Positions 58,554 through 64,000 of a stretch of DNA of 64,000 bases are shown here, piece by piece. Below the pieces are notes generated by a model, which made no database searches, was not told the DNA's origin, and saw nothing but the letters and a program-made list of their open reading frames with translations. Source of the stretch: Dehalococcoidia bacterium (lineage in GTDB: Bacteria > Chloroflexota > Dehalococcoidia > UBA6926); NCBI GenBank assembly GCA_963666115.2, contig CAXXET010000006.1, positions 192,001 to 256,000 on the forward strand, in the 5' to 3' direction. The position numbers were made by a program, and so were the translations under genes. How positions within the stretch are numbered: the first letter of the stretch is position 1; the number at the start of each line of letters is the position of its first letter.

Positions 58554-59144
58554 GTGAGCAGCATGATCGGCAGATTCAATCCGATCCTCGTCGTCGTCCC
58601 CGTGCTGATCATCGTCTTTGGCGTGCTGGTGTTCGTGATTGCCCGACCCAGCGAGGCGCATGAGCCAACAGTCGGTCTGACGGCGGTGGCGGAACTGGAG
58701 TCTCCGGAGGGTGATGTTGTCGGAACAGTTCGATTCCAGCAGGCATCGACCGGCGTTCTGATCATGGCGGACGTGACGGGACTGGCCCCTGGAGGCCATG
58801 CCTTCATCATTCACGAGGTTGGGTCATGCGCGCCCGACTTTAGCGCGGCAGGTGATCACTTCAACCCTAGCGATGCGGAGCACGGCTTGATCCACCCCGT
58901 CTGGGCCGGCGGAGGAGGGACCGGAGGGCACGGTGGCGACCTGCCAAATATCTACGCCGCTTCTGACGGTTCTGCCCGCGCAGACTTCTTTACCGTTGGC
59001 GTCACGCTAGACAGCGACCTGCGACATTCGGTGTTCGACAGCGACGGCTCGGCTATCATCGTGCACGAGAAGCCTGACGCCTACGGCGAGGAGGAATCCG
59101 ACACCGGCGCACGCGTCGCTTGCGGAGTGATTCGGCTCAAGTAG
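58554..59144 (+). CDS. Cu/Zn SOD-like protein lacking one Cu ligand
   Basis: HAFIIH in place of HxFHxH; GDHFNP, GDLPN, IVH, RVACGVI retained. Confidence 0.85.
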   Translation: MSSMIGRFNPILVVVPVLIIVFGVLVFVIARPSEAHEPTVGLTAVAELESPEGDVVGTVRFQQASTGVLIMADVTGLAPGGHAFIIHEVGSCAPDFSAAGDHFNPSDAEHGLIHPVWAGGGGTGGHGGDLPNIYAASDGSARADFFTVGVTLDSDLRHSVFDSDGSAIIVHEKPDAYGEEESDTGARVACGVIRLK

Positions 59145-59154
59145 GGCGATTCGG

Positions 59155-59508
59155 TTAGAGGGTCAGGTCCAAGTGGACGAGGGTCTTGTTGCGGGGGTCT
59201 ACCGTTAGTGCGAAGGCTTCCAGGGTGAACGCGCCAAGCAACGGCGCGGCATCGTCCGGGCCGAAGGCGACAGGCGTGGTTCTTTGGCGTCCGTCGTAGC
59301 GAATCACCGCCTCTGCGACGTCCAGTTCCACGCGCCTGCCGTCTGCCAGCACAAACCATTCCGTCCATTGGGGCGTGACGCCCAAGTCATGGAGCAGATT
59401 CGTTGGCACGAGGGTATAGAACGCGCCGGTGTCGACGAGCGCGTCCAGCGTTAGTGAACGCTCGGCCTCTCGATCCAGCACTTCGATGTCTACGCTGAAC
59501 GTGCTCAA
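59155..59508 (-). CDS. Clan AA (retropepsin-like) aspartic protease
   Basis: ALVDTGA, LADG, LLG. Confidence 0.8.
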   Translation of the reverse strand: MSTFSVDIEVLDREAERSLTLDALVDTGAFYTLVPTNLLHDLGVTPQWTEWFVLADGRRVELDVAEAVIRYDGRQRTTPVAFGPDDAAPLLGAFTLEAFALTVDPRNKTLVHLDLTL

Positions 59509-59548
59509 CGTCGCAATGTCCTCCTAGCCTGCCCGTCAGTATACGTCT

Positions 59549-61003
59549 CTACCTTGTTGCTGCCTCTTCGATGTCTTCGTCGTCGTAGTCGGGTTCGGGC
59601 ATGATGACGAATTCGGGGTAGGATTCCATGTGGAGTTCGCCGGCATCCTGTCCCAGTTGCTCCACCTGGCGGCTTACGCGAGCGCCCAGGATCATGTCCA
59701 GCGCCTTCCAGACGAGCCAGGAGAGGCCGAAGACGGTGACACCGATGACGACGACGCCCAGCAGTTGGACGTGGAATTGTGCCCCGACGGTGAAGGCGGC
59801 GGCAAGCGTTCCCCAGATGCCCGCGAAGAGGTGGGCGGGGACTGCGCCGACGACGTCATCGATCTTGAGGCGTTCAAGCAGCCGCAGCCCGGCTACGCAG
59901 ATGAGCCCGCCGACCGCGCCGATGGGGATGGCCCAATAGTGATCGACGAAGTTGGGGGCGGCGGTGATGGAGACCAGCCCCGCTATCGCGCCGTTGAGAA
60001 CGGCGAATAGGTCTGTGCGTCCGAGTATGTAGCGCGATACAAAGATGGCCACTACGACGCCGGAGGCCGCGGAGAGGTTGGTGTTGACCAGCACGATGCT
60101 CATCCAGACAGCATCGACGGCGCTGCCAAGGGCGAGCTGCGATCCGCCGTTGAACCCGAACCAGCCGAACCAGAGGATGAAGACGCCCAACGTTACGGAG
60201 ATGATGTTGGACGGGGGTGTGGGCCGCGCCGTACCGTCACGGCGGAATTTGCCCAGGCGCGGGCCGACGACGAGGAGGCCGGCCAGCGCGGCCCAGCCAC
60301 CGGTGCCGTGGACGATGGTGGAACCGGCAAAGTCGGTGAAGCCGAGGTCGCTCAGCCAGCCGCCGCCCCACGTCCACGCGCCGATGAGGGGGTAGATGAA
60401 GGCGGTGAGGACGAGAGTGAAGAGGAAGAAGGACCACATCTTGACTCTCTCGGCGAGCGCGCCGGAGACGATGGAGGCGGTGGTGGCCACGAAGACCACC
60501 TGGAAGAACCAGTCGGACATCGCGGCATAGGCGGAGTCCTGGAGGACGCTCGCGGCGGACGCGCCGGCCTCGGCTTCGAGCAGGGCAATCTCCGCAGCGG
60601 GGGAACTGTAGGTGAGGGTGAACGTGCCGATGATCTCGCCAAAATTGAGGCCGAGCATGGTCAGGTCACGTCCGACGTCCACGTACATGAGGTTGTAGCC
60701 GATGGTGTAGTAGGCAAGGCCCGCAATCGAGTAGAGGCCGATGTTCTTCATGCAGATCATGGCGGCGTTCTTGGTGCGGACGGACCCGGCCTCCAGCATG
60801 GTGAAACCGGCGCACATCCACATGACGAGGGCGCCCCAGAGGAGGAAGGAGATGGTGTTGAAGACGAAGGCGGTTTCCTCTTCGACGCCTGCGGCGTGGG
60901 CGACGCCGGGGCGGAGAAGCAACAGGACAAGGGTTGCAATGCCGCTTGCGGCAAGAATGACGGGGATACGCTGATTGACCATCAACCACTGCATCGCTCT
61001 CAT
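59549..61003 (-). CDS. amt: Ammonium transporter
   Basis: GFTMLEAG, SGALAER, DFAGSTIVH, WFGWFGFNGGS, IDDVVGA..H. Confidence 0.95.
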   Translation of the reverse strand: MRAMQWLMVNQRIPVILAASGIATLVLLLLRPGVAHAAGVEEETAFVFNTISFLLWGALVMWMCAGFTMLEAGSVRTKNAAMICMKNIGLYSIAGLAYYTIGYNLMYVDVGRDLTMLGLNFGEIIGTFTLTYSSPAAEIALLEAEAGASAASVLQDSAYAAMSDWFFQVVFVATTASIVSGALAERVKMWSFFLFTLVLTAFIYPLIGAWTWGGGWLSDLGFTDFAGSTIVHGTGGWAALAGLLVVGPRLGKFRRDGTARPTPPSNIISVTLGVFILWFGWFGFNGGSQLALGSAVDAVWMSIVLVNTNLSAASGVVVAIFVSRYILGRTDLFAVLNGAIAGLVSITAAPNFVDHYWAIPIGAVGGLICVAGLRLLERLKIDDVVGAVPAHLFAGIWGTLAAAFTVGAQFHVQLLGVVVIGVTVFGLSWLVWKALDMILGARVSRQVEQLGQDAGELHMESYPEFVIMPEPDYDDEDIEEAATR

Positions 61004-61234
61004 CGTGTGCCCCTCCCAGTGCGCCAGAAGAACCATCGCCAACGTTCATTTAGACTGTAGCAGTATAGCGGGGGGCGGCGCATGGGAATTGAGACTAGCG
61101 GATTCCCCCCACGTATCAATTCGGGGCAAGCACTTGCGGGAACGGCGGTTTCTGTTGACACTAATGGGTGCACATGGGACGATATTCGGCTTGCGGCAGT
61201 GGGATCGCGGGCACCAATTTCGGAGGACGAGCGC

Positions 61235-62398
61235 ATGAGCAAACGGAATCAGGGACGGTGGCGGGATACGCCGGAGGGGGCGCCACTCCACCAAGTCGCC
61301 ATCGTGGGCGCGGGGGCGGCCGGGCTCGGCTGCGCGGTGGCGCTCCAGGAGTTTGGCGTCGATGACATCATCATCCTCGATCGCCACGAGGTCGGCGCGT
61401 CGTTCCGGCGGTGGCCGCAAGAGATGCGCTTCATCACGCCGTCGTTCACGTCGAACGCGTTTGGGCTGCTGGACCTCAATGCGATTGTCCCTGGCACGTC
61501 GCCCGCCTTTACGCTCGACCGCGAACACCCCAGCGGAAAGGCTTACGCGCAGTATCTCGACAACGTCGCCAATCACTTCGAGCTACAGGTGAAACCCGGC
61601 GTCGACGTCTCCTCCGTCACGGTGGAGGACAACGGGACGTTCACGCTGACCACGAGCGACCGGCCGGTGCGGGCGCGGCATCTGATCTGGGCAGCGGGCG
61701 AGTTCCAATATCCGAACCGCAATTCGTTCGCGGGCGCCGAGTCCTGCTGCCACTCTTCCGACGTGAACACATGGCAGGACCTGGAGGGCGACAGTTTCAC
61801 GGTGATTGGCGGGTACGAGAGCGCGGCGGACGCGGCCGTGTCGCTGGTGCAACTGGAGAAGGACGTGACCGTCCTGGCGCGGACGGCGACGTGGAGGAGA
61901 GAAGACCCGGATCCGAGCATCTCCCTCTCCCCGTTCTCCCGCGAACGCCTTGAATGGGCCGACTCCACGGGCTCCGTGCAACTCGTCGAGGACGTCGACA
62001 TCACGTCGGTGCGCGAGGACGGCGACAGGTGGATCGCGCAGGCCTCGGACGGGCGCGAATGGCCGAGCGAGACACGCCCGATCCTTGCCACCGGCTTCAA
62101 GAAATCGCTCGGCTACCTCGACGGTCTGATCGAGTACAACGAGGGCGGCGCTCCCGTGGTCACGGAGGAGGCGGACGAATCCACGCTTGTGCCCGGCCTG
62201 TTCCTCTCCGGCCCGATAGTCGAGCACCGGGGCGTGAACTTCTGCTTCATCTACAAGTTCCGGCAGCGCTTCGCGATCATCGCTGACGCGATTGCGCAGC
62301 GGCTCGGATTGGACACGACGGAAGCCGTTGAGGACCGCCGAGCGGCGGGGATGTACCTGGATGACCTCTCCTGCTGTGTTGAATCTTGTTCGTGCTGA
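61235..62398 (+). CDS. NAD(P)/FAD-dependent oxidoreductase with Cys-rich tail
   Basis: GAGAAG, IGGYESA, ATGF, FCFIYKFR, terminal SCCVESCSC. Confidence 0.88.
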   Translation: MSKRNQGRWRDTPEGAPLHQVAIVGAGAAGLGCAVALQEFGVDDIIILDRHEVGASFRRWPQEMRFITPSFTSNAFGLLDLNAIVPGTSPAFTLDREHPSGKAYAQYLDNVANHFELQVKPGVDVSSVTVEDNGTFTLTTSDRPVRARHLIWAAGEFQYPNRNSFAGAESCCHSSDVNTWQDLEGDSFTVIGGYESAADAAVSLVQLEKDVTVLARTATWRREDPDPSISLSPFSRERLEWADSTGSVQLVEDVDITSVREDGDRWIAQASDGREWPSETRPILATGFKKSLGYLDGLIEYNEGGAPVVTEEADESTLVPGLFLSGPIVEHRGVNFCFIYKFRQRFAIIADAIAQRLGLDTTEAVEDRRAAGMYLDDLSCCVESCSC

Positions 62399-63506
62399 GC
62401 CGCGGCACGTACTGCTCGATCACGCGATCGCGGGGCCCGTAACCGCGATACTCCTGCTCATCCTGCCGGCGCTGCTGGCCGTGATTGGGGCGAACCAGAC
62501 CGCCGGCTTGCTTGATCCGCTGGTTGTGGGGATTACGACACCGCTGGCGGAGGGGGTGGCGGGCTGGCCGGGGCCGCTATCGGCTGTGCTGGCGGGCGAC
62601 TACGGATTGCTGACGATGGGGCCGCTACTGTTCGTGTGGGCGGTCCCCACGGTGCTGGTCTACTCGGCGTTGATCAGCGTGTACACGGTGAGCGGCCTTG
62701 CCGACCGCATCGGGACGGCGCTCCACCCTCTGCTGCGGCCACTCGGCCTGCACGGGCGCGACGTGACGCGTGTGCTGATGGGCTTTGGGTGCAACGTGCC
62801 GGCGATTGTGGCGACGCGCTCGTGCGCCAGCTGCACGCGGCCAACGACCGTCGGCGCGATCTCGTTCGGGTCTGCCTGCTCGTACCAGCTTGGCGCGACG
62901 CTCGCGGTCTTTGCCGCCGCTGACAGGGGCATCCTCGTGGTTCCGTACCTTGCGCTGCTCGTCGCGGCGACGCTGGTGTATGCACGCCTTATCAGCGGGT
63001 CTGCCGCGCGGTCGGAACTCAGCGCTCTCCTCATGGGACCGCGCGCGCCGGTCACGTGGCCACCCCTGGCGGCGGTCTGGGCGCAGACGCGGGATACAAT
63101 CTGGTCGTTCTTCCGCACGGCGGCGCCGATTTTCTTCGCAATTGCCATGGTCGCGTCGCTCCTCGATTGGTCGGGCGCGCTCGATGCAGCGGGCGGCTTG
63201 CTGGGGCCTGCGATGGCGGTGTTCGCACTGCCGGCTGAGGCTGCTATGCCGACCGTGCTGGCCGCTGTCCGCAAGGACGGCATACTGCTGCTGGCCGAGG
63301 CCGGGACGGTTGCGTCGTTGAGCGCGACGCAGCTGCTGGTTGCGACGTTCCTCGCGGGAACTGTGCTGCCGTGCCTTGTGACCGCGATCACGATTGGGCG
63401 CGAGCTTGGGGTACGGTTCGCGGGCAGGCTTGTCGCGCAGCAGTCCGTCTTCGCCATCGCGGTTGCCGCCGCCGTGGGCTGGGGACTGGCTGCGTTCGCC
63501 GGCTAA
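62361..63506 (+). CDS. FeoB-like gate-domain membrane protein without GTPase domain
   Basis: GLHGRD..RVLMGFGCNVPAI, SAC, LPC; no Walker A; start position uncertain. Confidence 0.8.
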   Translation: MTSPAVLNLVRAEPRHVLLDHAIAGPVTAILLLILPALLAVIGANQTAGLLDPLVVGITTPLAEGVAGWPGPLSAVLAGDYGLLTMGPLLFVWAVPTVLVYSALISVYTVSGLADRIGTALHPLLRPLGLHGRDVTRVLMGFGCNVPAIVATRSCASCTRPTTVGAISFGSACSYQLGATLAVFAAADRGILVVPYLALLVAATLVYARLISGSAARSELSALLMGPRAPVTWPPLAAVWAQTRDTIWSFFRTAAPIFFAIAMVASLLDWSGALDAAGGLLGPAMAVFALPAEAAMPTVLAAVRKDGILLLAEAGTVASLSATQLLVATFLAGTVLPCLVTAITIGRELGVRFAGRLVAQQSVFAIAVAAAVGWGLAAFAG

Positions 63507-63515
63507 CGAGCCGCG

Positions 63516-64000
63516 TTACGACACTGCCGCGTGGAGGGCCAGAAGGCTTTCGCCTGCCTCCAGGGGAGTGTTTGAGCCGCCAAGCGGACATTCGGCGGCG
63601 CGGCCCGGGCCGTGGTAATCACTGCCGCCGAGGGCAAGCAGGCCGTACTGATCAGCGAGCGCCTTGAGATGGGCGCGCAGGTCGTCAGGGTAGAGGCCGT
63701 AGTAGACCTCCATGCCTGCAAGCCCCGCCTCCACCCATCCCGGCAGCAGTTCTTCCACCTGCGGCGTCTCCTTCGGGTGGGCGAGGGCCGGCACGCCGCC
63801 GTACTGTCGTACCAGGCGAAAGGCCTCTTCCGGGGGCATCTTGCGGCGTCCCGCGTAGGCGGGGCCGTCATTTTTGAGGTAACGGTCGAACGCCTCCCGG
63901 ATGCTGGGGACGTGCCCCGCCTCCATGAGAGCCTGGGCGATGTGCGGGCGGCCAATCGCGCCGTCGCCCACAATCTCCATGACGCGCTCCCACGACACGG
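63516..64000 (-). CDS. PHP-domain phosphoesterase, 3' part (runs off window)
   Basis: GRPHIA, LAHP, GMEVYY, GGSDYHG. Confidence 0.88.
   Translation of the reverse strand, partial: VSWERVMEIVGDGAIGRPHIAQALMEAGHVPSIREAFDRYLKNDGPAYAGRRKMPPEEAFRLVRQYGGVPALAHPKETPQVEELLPGWVEAGLAGMEVYYGLYPDDLRAHLKALADQYGLLALGGSDYHGPGRAAECPLGGSNTPLEAGESLLALHAAVS

Noticed and set aside
61083-61110. Zur/Fur box upstream of the oxidoreductase (GGGAAT...ATTCCC)
   Set aside because: Only a short inverted repeat with a weak match to known boxes; insufficient support.

Overview
High-GC bacterial chromosomal segment, most consistent with Chloroflexota/Dehalococcoidia (SAR202-like). This is an inference from the GAAC-N4-GTTC LexA box, fused family III CoA-transferases, paralogous acyl-CoA dehydrogenases and Pro/Thr-linker lipoproteins. 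It carries housekeeping genes (bcp, lexA, modABC, xth, pyk, lysS, rsmI, polyprenyl synthase, metG, plsC, panBD plus panG-like, cyclophilin, tRNA-Gln, copA, amt) interleaved with accessory genes and several families of short palindromic interspersed repeats. Highlights: (1) a prokaryotic viperin overlapping an uncharacterised HTH+TPR gene, in a block lying between copA and a YHS gene; (2) a full-length GlmS paralog that has lost catalytic residues in both domains; (3) two Fic-HTH genes, each with its own repeat/operator-like array, one bracketed by direct repeats; (4) two tandem desulforedoxin-like mini-genes missing from the ORF track; (5) a DpnA-like methylase with a 25-C tract, followed by a small nuclease and a CxxC mini-protein; (6) a palindromic repeat translated in frame inside a CoA-transferase; (7) a SodC paralog lacking one Cu ligand; (8) a FeoB-like permease with no GTPase domain, coupled to a Cys-tailed flavoprotein. 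No CRISPR array, rRNA, integrase or transposase was seen. All calls come from motif recognition only; no searches were run.
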